Both the position numbers and the translations under genes were made by a program. A stretch of 64,000 nt of DNA, from positions 8,370,001-8,434,000 of the forward strand of contig CAIIXF020000001.1 in NCBI GenBank assembly GCA_903813345.2. Direction: 5' to 3'. The stretch comes from Owenia fusiformis. Lineage: Eukaryota. This document shows positions 37,201-50,400 of this stretch, piece by piece. Under the pieces are notes generated by a model that was given only the letters and a program-made list of their open reading frames with translations, searched no databases and had not been told where the DNA came from. Within the stretch, counting starts at the first letter, position 1. Each line of letters begins with the position of its first letter.

Positions 37201-40200
37201 GTTCCTCTTGGAGATGTTCCACTTCCAGTTACATTTAAAATTAAGTCAGGATTTGATTCCTTGATGCACATGAAAAATAGAAAATTTGTATAAGTACCTT
37301 TTTATTGATAGGTCATAGGACTCTGAAAAGTGTTTCACATATTGATCTTAAAGATGTGTTTCACTTGACAGAATTTTACTGAGCATTTTCATTTCGTTAC
37401 AATATTACAGAATCACATGTTTAAGATCTGACAAATGGCATGCAATTTTGTTCTTTAGGTTGAAAGACAGCAAGAAGAGGAAAGACAGGCTGAGGTGAAA
37501 CGTCGTCAACGAGGTCAATTCCGTTATGGCCTAGACACACCCAGAGACTCCATCTATCACTTAGGCCAGCAAGTACCAAACTATAAAGCCCCAGAGGAAC
37601 CTCTTGCTGACTACACAATAGACCCTAAAAGAGCCACTAAACCAAATGGTTTTATTAAGAAGCCAACATCTGGTTATGATGGCTATGAAAGACCTGTTGT
37701 GAAACAGAATATAAAACGAAAACCAACAAAGCATGATCCAAAGTAAGACACTGATTTTGACTGAAATATAGTCACATTCATATTCTGCCTCTTTTTTGTA
37801 TAGTTAGTTTTCTAACCATTTTATCTAATTTCCATGTCGTCAGCCCCCTATTTAGATGTCTTTGTATATCCTTAATATTAAGAATAAGATTTTCCTGTGT
37901 TTCCAGCCACCAATATTTCAGTCATGACACACTTCAATCTAATGCTGGGACAGCCATCTATAATGAAAGTGAATTTGAATACAGTGAATTTGGGCATTAC
38001 AGTAGGGGAAAGGTGGCGCTACCCATTGCACACTTGGCAAATAAACCAAAGCGACTGTCAAATGTTGACTTTTATGATGTAAGTTTCTTTTTTATCAAAT
38101 ATACATGTACAGTATTGTAATCGATTTTCAAGGTATCATCTTACCCATAATAGAACTCAGCTAATTCTATGTTTTATTTCATTATCTCTAAATGTTCATT
38201 CTCCATCTTTAATCAGCAGATCGAAATGAGTAGATAATGCTATCATTATTAAAACATATTTTGTTTGTTTGCCAGGATATACTGCATGAGGCCATCGATA
38301 AATATGGTGAGCTAAGTAGAGATATCTGGAGCAAGATCCTATATGTTGAGAAAGATGCAATACTTGCCAAGTTCTACGTGAATGAAACTGAAGTGCTAAT
38401 AGATGGCAGTGATGTACAATATACCGGTGACACGTGAGTATACAAAACGACTTATTGGTTAATTTGGAACACAAAGATTTGGGGACATTATCACATTATG
38501 TTTGAAATGTGTTTGGGTTTGTGGGTCCATAATTCAAACAAAAATAGATATGACAATCTGATTGAATTGTTACTTTATATGTGTTTAATAATTGATTGTA
38601 TGTAAAACAAAAACATGAAGAGAAAAATGGTTGACCACATGAATTACATATTGTTGTTTTTAGGATTGGACTTGGATCCATTGACAATCCAAACAGAGAT
38701 GAAAAAAGTAAAAAGATCAGGGACTTTATAGGAAGAGTAAGTAAAATGATAGTTCAATCACATGTACAATGGATTCTGATTAAGTGACTGCTTGCTTACC
38801 AGCCAGAAGTTTTCAAATTGAGAGGTTTCCACAATATTGTGCTACTAAGTTGACAAAAGGCCTTCACTGGCTGGAACTGTCTGTTGACCTTGCTGTAGGG
38901 TAAATATGCCAGTTCTTCAACTTGGTCAAAAATGGGGAGAACTGTTCTACCTTTATTGATCATGGTTCCATGATAGTGTAGTATGACCATGAAATATAGG
39001 ATTTGGACCAAGAGGTTATGCCCAGCTTCAAAGGTGGTAGATAGAGAAATACAAAAAAACTTTTAAGAGCTTTAGTTGAAATAGTCAATGGAACCTCCAA
39101 AAAATGTTGCCATAAAAATCCTCACATTTTAAGGTGTTCATCCTGTAGAGTTACAGTAAAACCTGTATATTCAAAAACCTCTCAATATGGTCACTTTTTC
39201 CCAATATTGTTATCTCCCATTGACTCACATATTAAGAAACATTGAATGGAAAAGCATGCATCCAAACTCATGGCCTCTCTTAATGGTGTTTTGATTAGAC
39301 ACAGTTTTCTTCTATTTTCCTTTTGAGGGGCATTTGATGAAATGAGCAACAAGTAGTTTTATTTGAAATGCTACAAATCATTTTGATATGTTCTATATTT
39401 TAGGGACTGATTCTGAAACATGATAATGATGGGAGCATTTGGGCCACGAGGATCTGTAAAAATGATATTATTGTGAAGGGCTATGAGAATCCAGCTCAAC
39501 ACAGTCTCTCGGAGGAAGTTGTACTAGAGATGGGGAGACTGCCCATGAATAAACCAGTGAAGGTACATACTAGACCTTTAGGTCACACATCCTGCAGTGG
39601 ATTTGAAAGTCCACAGTAGTGTATGCTAACTTGCTGTACATTTCTGTAATTTATAAAGTATACATAATTTGAAAAGCAAATCTGTAACATTCCACATCAT
39701 TGCTTGAACTCCAAACTTACAATATTTACATTCTTAATGTGTCCTCCATTGTTAGGTGTTTGACATGAAAGAGTTCAAAAGTCATATGGCCCTCGAGATG
39801 TCAACGAACCAACCAAGGTCACATCGTCTACAACGACAGGCAATTGTTGCCATCAGTTTTGTGCGTAACACTATCGAAGATTTACAGACTCCATGTTGGA
39901 TTTGCATTGTCAATTTTGCTGCATTAGATGCTTTGGAGAATGAAAAAGGTAATGTATTTATTGCACTCCATATGGAAATATCAATAATGTAGAGATCAGT
40001 TACATTAAGTTGTTTTGTCGTTAGCTTCCATATGTCCAGAAATCATTTTGCTGGATTTGAACCTGTGTTCTGCTATTTTTGAATAACCTGTGTTTTGAAT
40101 GACTTTACTTATCAGCAGATACCAAGGAAAGACCAATTTGTGCAAGAATACTTGGCAGTAAACTGAGAAGAGTTTCACTGCGTCTGACATTAATTCAGCC

Positions 40201-41418
40201 ATATATTCATATACAAACTGTCACAACCAAACCAACAAGCATCTAATCTTTGCTCCTTACCTCCCTACTAGATAGTACACTTTATAATTTCAGTATTGAT
40301 GGAGGTACAGAATCTCTCCCATCTGAATCTTAACCGCCCTCAGTCCTCAACTTCACAGAGTAGTCACTCTCAGGATCCACCCCCACAGAGACACAGGTCC
40401 TATGCATACAGGGACTCGCCACAGAGGAGCTCACGTCATCAACGCAATGAACTCAGAAAGCAGGGAAAAGTAGTTGGGGATCATGATGAGTACAGTTGGC
40501 ATGAAAAATATTATGGTAGGTCATAATTGATGCCTTGATGGAATATTTATTTTGGTAAATATTTTTGTTAGTAAAGTGCAATTAATCCTAATGAATTGGT
40601 TTTGATCAATACAAACATGCTCTACTTCAAATCGAAATAATGGAAACCCATCTCATCTGTTTTGAGGGTTAAAACTTTATCTTTGGAATAATCTGGGTAC
40701 ACCAACAACAAAAAAACAACTTAAAAACATCTTGGCTTAACAATCTCAAGATCAGGATACAGGATATATCACTAACTTACGTATCTCCCTAAAGCTCTAC
40801 TGGGCATAAGATATTGCGTTTTATTGGAGGTTACAATCTTCACATTTTGTCCTATTTATTATCTGCTCTTGAGGATATATTATCTAATGACTGCAAATGT
40901 GCTGGAATTTGCCTTGATGAATTCTTATTCTAATACTGAACATGTATAAAATTATCTTATTGAGATATTTGTGTTTAGATTCACCCATGCCTCGCAGGAG
41001 CTTCAAGATGAAGAACTCAAAGATAGAAGAGGAACATGAAGAAGACAGAGCAAGTTACTACAAGGGACCTGGTAATACTTAAGTTTATGATTTTCCATAT
41101 GGCCATTTAATTTCATGAAAAAATATCACTTGATAACTTGTATACCAGTTGTCAGATTTGGTACAAATGTTATGTGCCATCAGCTGCCTTGTTATTTCTG
41201 TCACATAGTCTAGTTCTGATGAAGTATTCCAAAAAACATTTTTTAATTTGTACTTTTATTATGTAATTGCAGATTTTGTGGATTCCCTTGTGCAGGATAG
41301 ACGGCCCTTTAGTTATACAGAGCCATCTGTTGTGCCCCAGGGAAATGCATATGGCAACAAATATAACCCTATCAGAGTAAATTCATCTCCACGCAAGAAC
41401 TGGGCCAAGTTTAAATAG
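22282..41418 (+). CDS. Unconventional myosin: myosin-III-like motor without kinase, IQ motif, Expansion/Rebuf-type MH2 domain; 25 coding exons, about 1292 aa
   Basis: GT-AG exons that join in frame (3879 nt): 22282-22389, 23448-23652, 24460-24551, 25630-25744, 25986-26133, 26415-26650, 28949-29020, 29501-29639, 29868-30087, 33655-33822, 34276-34409, 34674-34784, 35182-35242, 35405-35460, 35700-35961, 36800-37051, 37459-37742, 37907-38078, 38276-38433, 38664-38736, 39404-39562, 39756-39948, 40294-40515, 40979-41071, 41273-41418. Motifs: [13 protein letters not shown]-loop GESGAGKT, switch [11 protein letters not shown], switch [34 protein letters not shown]-like [12 protein letters not shown]. 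Confidence 0.92.
24666..25531. mobile_element. PIF/Harbinger-like MITE in myosin intron 3
   Basis: ~45-bp TIR GGGGCGGGGTCAAAATATC(A/G)ATGTTCATATGGAGACGAAAGTA; 3-bp TSD TTA on both sides. Confidence 0.85.
26692..28713. mobile_element. Non-autonomous TIR element with internal ~300-bp tandem repeats (myosin intron 6)
   Basis: TIR CAGGCCCGTCAGA / TCTTACGGGCCTG, flanked by ATATA on both sides. Internal units start near 26819, 27141, 27430, 27754 and 28055, each with two AAAGTGCCCAGA-containing halves. Confidence 0.8.
30746..32471 (-). CDS. Nested antisense gene: secreted Tyr/Ser/Lys-rich repeat protein with C-terminal chitin-binding type-2 (CBM14/peritrophin-A-like) module, about 213 aa
   Basis: Exon 1 32471-32407 encodes signal peptide [17 protein letters not shown] and ends at a GTAAGT donor. 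Exon 2 31322-30746 follows a TTCCAG acceptor in frame: [11 protein letters not shown]-like repeats x4, then ...[36 protein letters not shown] (minus strand) at 30583-30588. Confidence 0.88.
32531..32538 (-). promoter_or_regulatory. TATA box of the nested gene
   Basis: TATAAAAG on the minus strand, about 30 nt upstream of an Inr-like TCAATCT (~32505) and about 60 nt upstream of the ATG. Confidence 0.7.
38276..39948 (+). other. MH2 (SMAD-like, Expansion/Rebuf-type) domain exons of the myosin
   Basis: Spliced peptide [103 protein letters not shown]...KPVKVFDMKEF...[30 protein letters not shown] follows the MH2 pattern W..I...E / IDG / NxNR / R..IGRG / KxF / SFV / TPCWI. Confidence 0.85.
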
Positions 41419-44406
41419 ATAATAAAACATGCTTTCAAGGCGACTCAAATATGCAGTTTGGAACTAGATCTTCCAGAGATTTTTAACTTGAAACATTTTA
41501 ATTGTTTCAATATAGCAATTCCATGACATAAACATTTCTCCAGGGTGAATATACATGCCACTTCAATCTAAATGAACTTGTAGAACTCTGGTGAGATACG
41601 ATTGGTCTATTGACCAATGTATATTGGAAAGTAACCATAACTAATGTGTTCTAACAGGGTGACACAGTATTATGTACTACATGTATTTATAAATGTTGTC
41701 TCACGTCAACTGGCACCAATGATATATGTCAAACACAATACAACATTTACTCTAAACAAAACCTTTATGTAACTAATAATATACTGATGGTATTATATGC
41801 TTTCAGAAGTAAGCCAGCAATCCATGTGTAATGAGAAAATGTGCAAATACTTCTATGTGAGTTTAAAATGTATTCAATAGATGTAAATAAGATGTTTCAC
41901 TGTATTTCAATGCTTGTTAAATATTAATATTGTGTTTACTCTGATGCATGTACATTATTTGAACATTTTCCTGAAAATATTTATATACAGATATAAAATG
42001 ATATTTAGGTCATAGTTGTAGACAGTGTAATGTATTTTTTGTTTTATTTAAGAGCAAATATAGCTCCATCTATGTTGTTTATGTACTCTGTGTATATTTT
42101 ATATGAGAGCAAAGAGAGTTCCATGTTTTTTTTTGGTCTTAAAGTTTTAAGGTGAAAGGGAGGATGCAAGCATTTTGACTGCCATCATTTATGAGATGTC
42201 ACAGCAACAAGTGGTGACATATTGTTATAGTCTTCAACTTTTTTGTTGCAGCATTTGAAATTTGGTGTCTGTAACAAATGGCAGGTGGTGTCATTCTGCA
42301 TGTTTTTGCCTTGTAATAATTCTATTTCATCAATGTACCATTCCTGTAGTTGCATCATGACCTTTATATGTATTATTATTAAAATGGTGTAAATTATCCT
42401 CTTGATCAACATAGAAATCATGTTAATGTTAAGATAAAATATTAGATCAGGCAATATTAAATGTGTTATTTATGAATAAGAATGTGGCCATACATATCTT
42501 TTATATTTCCGTTTTGATATCATTTGGAGGCTGGACCTCATGTGATCTTGTGATATTCCAATGTGTTGATTTCGATGTTTGCCTTTGTTATGTTCATTGT
42601 CAGTTATTATGTAAGTTATGTATGTTGTGGTTCATATATGATTTTTATAAATGGTAGCAATGAACAGTGTATGTGTGGTTAACTTCATTTAAAATATGAC
42701 TGATCCATTAACGGGTATTCAACTTTGTTTTGTTTTTAACACACATTTATCACATTTGTCAGGAACTTGATGTTGTGCAGTTTTGTAAGCTATAAATCCA
42801 TTTTGAGACATACACTGCTGATACTTGTAGGTACAATTTTGATTGTGTAAAATACTTGTATTACAATTTATACATTCATGATTTCATAACCATTTTTAAG
42901 TCACCAACATGAAGTGGTGTCATATTGTTATAGCAACTGTTTTTGTAACTGATGTTCGTTGTAAGAGTCAGTATTTGACATAACAAATGGTTACAGTTTT
43001 CTTATTGCAACCATTTTGCTGAGTTGCTAATTTGCAATTACGAACCCTATGTGAACTAATAATAAAAAGTAATATTCAAACACAATTTTATGAACTGTAC
43101 TGTACAATGAAATATACACATGTTAAAGTAATGATATATGATGTTTTGTTATACATGTTATACTTTGAAAGAAGAGTGGGGAGACATTGTTTCAGTGACC
43201 GAAGTCTCAGGTCTGTTCCTTCAGTTAAGAGAATCAAAAACAGCTCTTCCAAAGAACCGGTCTTAAACTAGCTTGTTACACTATTACCTTTTTCAAGATG
43301 CCATATTAAGAATTCAACAAATAGTATAATATAAAATAAAACACAAAAAAAAATTTGCTTCTTAGAAGTTTTTTTATTTTTAGAAAAATTGTTTTTTGTA
43401 TACACACAGTTGTATAAAATGTTTGAGGGGTAAAATATCACTTCTTAATGATCAGTGACAAACAATTTGGGAATAGATTGTCAGCTTTCTAAATGAAAAC
43501 ACTAGGGGAGTTATTGCACTCGTATTACATGTTAATTCACAAACAAACAGTGATTATATTACTATATATAACATTATGATTTGGAGTACTTCATTTATAC
43601 ATGTACATTGTACACTGAACCATTAGTAGAGATAAGAGGAGGAAAATTCTGTAAATGAACAACAATTTGTCAAGATTGAATGATATTCTGTCAAGTAGAG
43701 CACATAATTTAAAAATCTTGATGGTTAATTTCATTGGACGTAGGCCACGATGAGTCATAGTAAAATTAATAACTGAATTCAGTTCAGCTTTGATGGTCTT
43801 AAAATGTAAAAAAATTAATTTCATATATCTTGCATGGGTGCTACCTTACAAACCTGAAATATTTTTTGTTGAATCTTTAATATTTTTATCCAATGTAAAA
43901 CTTCCATTAATATTACACATCCCTGATCACGACAATGTTCCCTCTATTCCTTGGCCTTGGTGCAAAATTCAATTATTATTTAAACATGGACAAAATACAT
44001 ATAACGCAAACTGCCAAAAGAGATCTGAACTCCAATTGTTCAGTTTATAGTAAAATGTAAGTGATCCATCATAAGCACAATAAATCCCTTTTCAATGTGA
44101 TAGCTCACACACAAATAAATAGATATAACATTACTAATGTACATGATATTCATCCGTTCATATTCATTCATTGTAAAAGCGTATATCTGAAAACAGACAT
44201 TGTCACATTAACATTAAACAGGCACATATGGCTTCCTCTTTACACTATAAATAATTGAGGGTGACATCCGCTTTGATGTTATCAATACATGGCATTGTTA
44301 TTCTGGTAAATCAATGTTGGGTTTTATCACACCTCTATCAAACTATTTTTGTTTATTTGCACTCAGATCATTCTCAGATCGCTCACTTTTTGTGTTTGCA
44401 TCCTTT

Positions 44407-47400
44407 TCAGCTTTCAGACTGCTCATTAGTTTTTGCTTCATTATCAGCTTGCTTTATTGTTTCTGGTTCATTTTTGTTTGTATTTGCTTCCTTCTCAGCT
44501 TCCTCTAACTCCGCTAGTTCATCTTCATCAAGTTCATGAATTCTAGCTCCAGGGATTTTACCTGGAATATCAGAGTCTTCTTCCTGGATTCCATCTAGTT
44601 TTGCATCCTCTTCTTCCTCTTGTTTCAGCCTCGCCTCAGCAACAGCTTTTTCAATTTCACGTCTACGTTTAGATTCTCGCACCTTTTTCTTGGCTTCAGT
44701 TTTAGCTGACTCACCAGCATCTGTTCGTTTAACAAGTTCATATTCCACAGCTTTTTCAAGACATGCTTCTGCACATTCTTTAGCTTGTGCCCTCTCTGGT
44801 TCCTGTAGACATGTGATAGCCAGAACAACCTGCAATACAATCAACATTTTGCCAAATGAAATCTGGGTCGGAAGACTTTAGATCTAAAATCTAAGTTCAA
44901 CGAAGTTATTATGAGCTGTCTGACAATTTAAGTTAACCAGTGCTTTCTCAGAGAGAATTATCCAATCACCCGTGTTTGGTAACATATGACCTTGACCTCC
45001 TATGATCTCTCCATAGACCTTCTAGGGACACTGCATGATGTAGATATGCTTGCTGATATCCTCATTTTCTCAGAACTCAAGTTGATCGAATCTCAACAAG
45101 TAGATTATGTGACATTGGGCTTGCTTTTTAGCTGCTTGTTAGCTCTAATTAGCATGTTTGTTGATCCAAGGTTATTATTGCTTTATAGTAAGAAAATGTT
45201 TTTTTTTGAAACTTACCTCAAACATTGAGCTCTCCACCACTTTGAGCGCTAATTCCTTGGAGTGTTCAAATACGTTCATTATGGTGTAGAGTCCCCTGTG
45301 TTGTATGTCAGCATCCTCATTGGCACATACAACTTGGAATATCTCACACCATGATTTAACCTAAAACAGTTTTAATGCAATGTAGCAAACTACAAAACAA
45401 TGGAATTAAAAAAATGCAGATGATGCCTAACAGAGATGTCTCTTAAAATCATTAAAAAAAGTTTAACATCATTTTTGATTTAATAAAAAAAAATCAATAT
45501 ACCACTTTTAGTGATATTCAAGAACCCACATCTGTCTCCTCATACGCCTCTTTAACATGATCTATCAACTAACCTGCAGGATTTTCTCACAGATGACTTT
45601 CTCCCGTGACAACATTGCCAGAGCCCCAGATGCAGCCTTGGCCAGCTTCATGTCATCCACTCCACTGTATAGCACCAGCAACTTAACCCTGTCATTTTCC
45701 CCCAGGTAGAGATTAAATACCTGTAAATGGCAGATTTGTTACCAGGTATATACAATGTCTATTGAGTGACCTATTACTGTTAGAAAGACAATGACCAAAT
45801 CATTAAAACGCTGAAACTTTTCTTCACTTCTGAAGAATTTGAGCATTAATAGGATTGGAATATTTATTGGTTTTTGTTTCATAGATACTAATGTATTCAT
45901 GTCCGGCTTAGATTTTTAAATAATAAATTAACTTATTCAAACAATTTACAAGATCATTATTTCTCTTATTGGAAGAACTATAATAATTTGAATGACTGAT
46001 CTGAAATATACTTTTTATTTTAGCTTACATGTATTTATTAACTATTGATTGAGAATGATAGTTGTGAAATCAATGGAAAGTCATTTGCCTACCTCCTCAG
46101 TGAGAATCATATTGCACATGCACTCAGTGGCAGCCCTACGTATCATCTCATGTTCCTCATACATATAGCCCTCTATTGTGGCCACTCCCCCCTCAGACAC
46201 AATACGTTTCCTGGCTGTATCATTCAGTGATGCGATGTTTGTGAGACACATGAGAGCCTCAAAGTTCTGCAGGCCCTGGTTGTCTGGGTGGAGGAGATGT
46301 ATCATAGGACGGACAACCTCAACACACTACAGGAGAAAAATAACATGTTTTTGTTATGCAACAATAGATTACTGTTTTCACTATAAATGTTGCATGTAAC
46401 TATATGTAAGCAATAGTTTACTACCTATATGTGCCAAATGTGCCTTTATAAATACTCGGGTGAGTAAATATATTAAATAGAAATACTAAAAGGAGTGAGT
46501 CTGACCCAAGGGTCCATATGAAGAAATAGGGATATATATCAATGAATTGCACACTAGATGTACTTACCCTCTGTCCAGGGAAGGCTATATCAGGGTTCAT
46601 TGTGATGCCAATCTTAGCAAGACTCTGGGCAGCTAGGATCTTCCCTACATCTGTTCCCTCCAGAGACAGATTGATCAGGGCCTAAAAATACAATTGCTGA
46701 ATATCAGCTTCCAGGGAACACGATTGCATGTATAAAACATAGAAGAACCATAATTTGTAAAGAAAATTTAGAGAATTTATCTTATCGCTTCATTCGTGTA
46801 GGATATAAATTCGGCTTATGTCATATGTGCAACTGTAAATCGTATAGGACCAATTTGTGAATTCTGTTTGCTGATGTTTTATTTCTCTATGTTTGTCTAT
46901 ATTTTTACTATGAAACCATTATTCATATTCTAGAGACTTCCTACCTTGACTGCTCCTTGTTGAACTAACAGACCTCTGTTCTCTTCATAGTATGAAACTG
47001 CCAGGAAGGCACGTGACAACAACTCCTTGGAACTAGCACTGTCTGTTTTACTAAGAGCCACAAGTGCATTCCCTATGCCTGCCTTCACTAGTTTTGCAAC
47101 ACGCTTATCAACATACTCGGATTTGTCCTACAAAATAAAAGACAATGTACATCTACATGTATTGCATCAAATCTTCAATTAAAACTGCAACCATTTGTTT
47201 TTAAAGAAAGATAATATCATAGCTTAGCTAGCTGTTTCGATCAAATTTTCCAAAAGAGGTACATACTGGTGCATGCAATTCAGATGATATTTTAAATTTT
47301 CCCAGCAATGGATGAATTTTTGGAAATTTTTTACTGAGTGTATCATGAACAAGTCTGCAAAATATAGACGATATGTCACAAATTATTCTAGTATTGTCAA

Positions 47401-50400
47401 ATTTAATACAGTATGTCAAAATATCCTATATCAATGAAAATGTCACTTATCCAAAAAAGTGAGCCACTTTTTGACAAGTATTTTCTAAGCAAATAATTAA
47501 CCAAATTCAAAATGAATTTTTTACAAAGTGGACAAAGAGTATCATCAGCAATTCTTATAAATATGAAAGAGATCAGTTACATATCATGCGAGTGCAAATT
47601 CAAAACATTACCTTTTCGTGTTCCTCTGGTACATGTTGTTTGGCATACTTGGCAAGTTCCAACATCTCTGGCATAATATCCTGTTTGTCATAGCTGTTTG
47701 TACAGTTGACAAACACTTGGGCTGCTGGGTAGAGGATTCCTTTATCAGAATGCTATAGAAGAGATCAACATAAAGTACATTAACAGAAATGCATCAATGC
47801 GATGCTTTCAAAATAAGCTCAAATTTCAGAAACTCAGCTCTGACATCCTTTTAAAGCAGATGCCTATTATAAGTAGATACTAACCTATAATAGTATCAAT
47901 AACATGAATAGAACATGAAATCTAGAGGTGGAATATATCCAGCTGATGTATCATTATCGTACCTTTGCAAGATCCATGAGAGAATGTAGAGCAGGAGTGT
48001 CATCCACTAGGTCTTCCTTGACATCTGCATCCAAGGTAAGGTATGCAAGGCCCTCTGTGGCCCACTTACGCAGATCAACATCTTTACTGGGATTCTTTAA
48101 GTATCTAAACAAAACAACATCATGTTCACTATACTGTACATTTCTATTATGTATTGGTTATTCGAACATGACTATATTCACGCCGTCTATAAACTGTAAA
48201 CAAAGCCAATATTTCAGCTGGGTTATATTCAAGATCAATAACCCAATTAACACGTGTAATGTGTGATGTCATAATGGTGGGTCATAGTAATGGCGATCCA
48301 TGATGAATATTCGAAACAATTTGGTGAGTTTTCATGTTCGAATCATAATATAGACCTCAGAGCAGGGGTAATATCGTCGAATACACCCCTTGGGGCTAGG
48401 CACAAAAGCTTTCGAACCCCTCACTCCCTTCGGTCGTTCGGGGTACAGAAAACGTTTGTACCTAGCCCTGCAGGGTGTATTCGACGATATAACCCCTGCT
48501 TTTCGGTCTATATTTCTTTATTCAAATATTATACGTGATGTCACAATAGCTAGAACAATTGATTTTCTGGTCTATAATGGAGTATGTATGACTGCTAAAA
48601 TTCATAAATCCAATAAGTTGTGTTTCTTGTCTGTTTACCATATTAGAATCGTAACAAAGACCTCGATTTTGGGTCATATTTGGGTCATATATCACACCAT
48701 GAATCATAAAATCTCAGCCTTTACTAATTAAATATGAAAAATCCAATATAGAGTCAATTACAGGATGTTATTGTACACAATTTTTCAATTCTAGGTTTAA
48801 ACAGATATGATAGATAAATTTCCAGGATAGACAAAGCGTATATACAACTCCTTAAATGCAGAGTTGCAACCCATCTCCTTAAATGCAGAGTTGCAACCCA
48901 TCGATGTTGTTAAAAGTTACTAGCCATGTGTTTCTAGTCCTTAGGATTCATCCAATTTATGGAACTCAATTCAGTTTAAGAATTTTTTAAATATCATTAC
49001 CAAGATTTATTCAAAAAATTATATTACTCACTTTCTACAAGCTTTTGCTAGTGTCGTATTGGATCCATCTGCAAATGACCTCATACTGACATCAGTGCCC
49101 CCTATTGAGCCTAGCTTACACAATCCCTGTAAAACACATATAAGATGTTTACATAATCAAGAAACCTGTTCTAACATGTTCTAAGAGATTGTTAAACTCT
49201 TATGATCCTGGTTCTATTATTTTGCAATTCTTACTGATCAATAACGATCATAAAATTCAAGAAAAATTGAAGAAAAATATCATGTATTTAATGGTCCCTT
49301 TTCCAGAAGCTTGAAAATCTTTCATATAACTTACCACAAGGGCTCTGACTTTGATTGTTTCATTTTCCGTCTGATAGAGTTTCTTGAGAATCGGGACAGC
49401 CTGTTTAATTATACCACTGGACTTCTGCTTCTTGGAGGTTGAGTGAACCATTGCTTCTATGGCAACTTTCTGCAAAACAAAATATGATTTATGTACGACA
49501 GTGTCATGATTGGCATCATTTTTATATATAAGGTAGGCTTATTTGAATCAGTTTAATTTGGATCATACAAATAGCCTTGGATACTGATACCATACACTAC
49601 TAGGCCTAAAATCCACTCCACTTGACCTACCTAAAATTAGTGGTGGTATAAGATTTAAACAGTAGTATCACAAAACACAATCCATTTAAAACTACATGTG
49701 CCTTACAGAATGGTCTAAAATGGTCTAAATATGTACCTGGAAAAGTGTGTTTTCAGAGCCTGCCATGGCTAGCATTATCTCTAGTACCCCCTCTCTACTG
49801 AGGATATGGTTCCCTATGTCGAATGGTCCCTGAAGAAGAGCTGTTACTGCTTTCACTGCCTCAACTTGTGACTCTATGTTCTTATCTGTAAAGTTATCTC
49901 TGAAACAACAAGCTTGATATTACTAATACTGTTAACTAAAATATACTGTACATGCATATAATATTGAGATTTGTGATAATTCACATAAAATACATACTTA
50001 GTACAACAGGGCATACTAAGCATGTAATCCGCCAGAACCCACGGATGATTCAAAAAGGTATTCGTGACATTGAGAGATGAGTCAATCTATGTGTAGAGAA
50101 ATGGTGGTCATGTGAAGGGGTATAGAATATAATCTTTCACTTACGTAAAATAGGCATCAACTTTTTCTCTGTATATTTCTCTCTCTTTGTCTGCCAGCAT
50201 ATCATCATAGAGTTTCTGCAATGCTACGGATGCGTGCATCTGTGAGTTGTCGGTCACTGGCATAGTTTTGTATTCCTTAATACAACCAGCAATCTCCATA
50301 AGCTTATAGAGACCCTCAGTGTACTCGATGAATGTACGGGTCCATCCAACACCTCCTTGACGCGCCACAAATTTGATAAGAATTTCAAGTAAGGAGTCAC

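Noticed and set aside
38276-39948. Separate SMAD signalling gene
   Set aside because: No MH1 exons and no SSXS tail. The exons splice in frame with the myosin tail.
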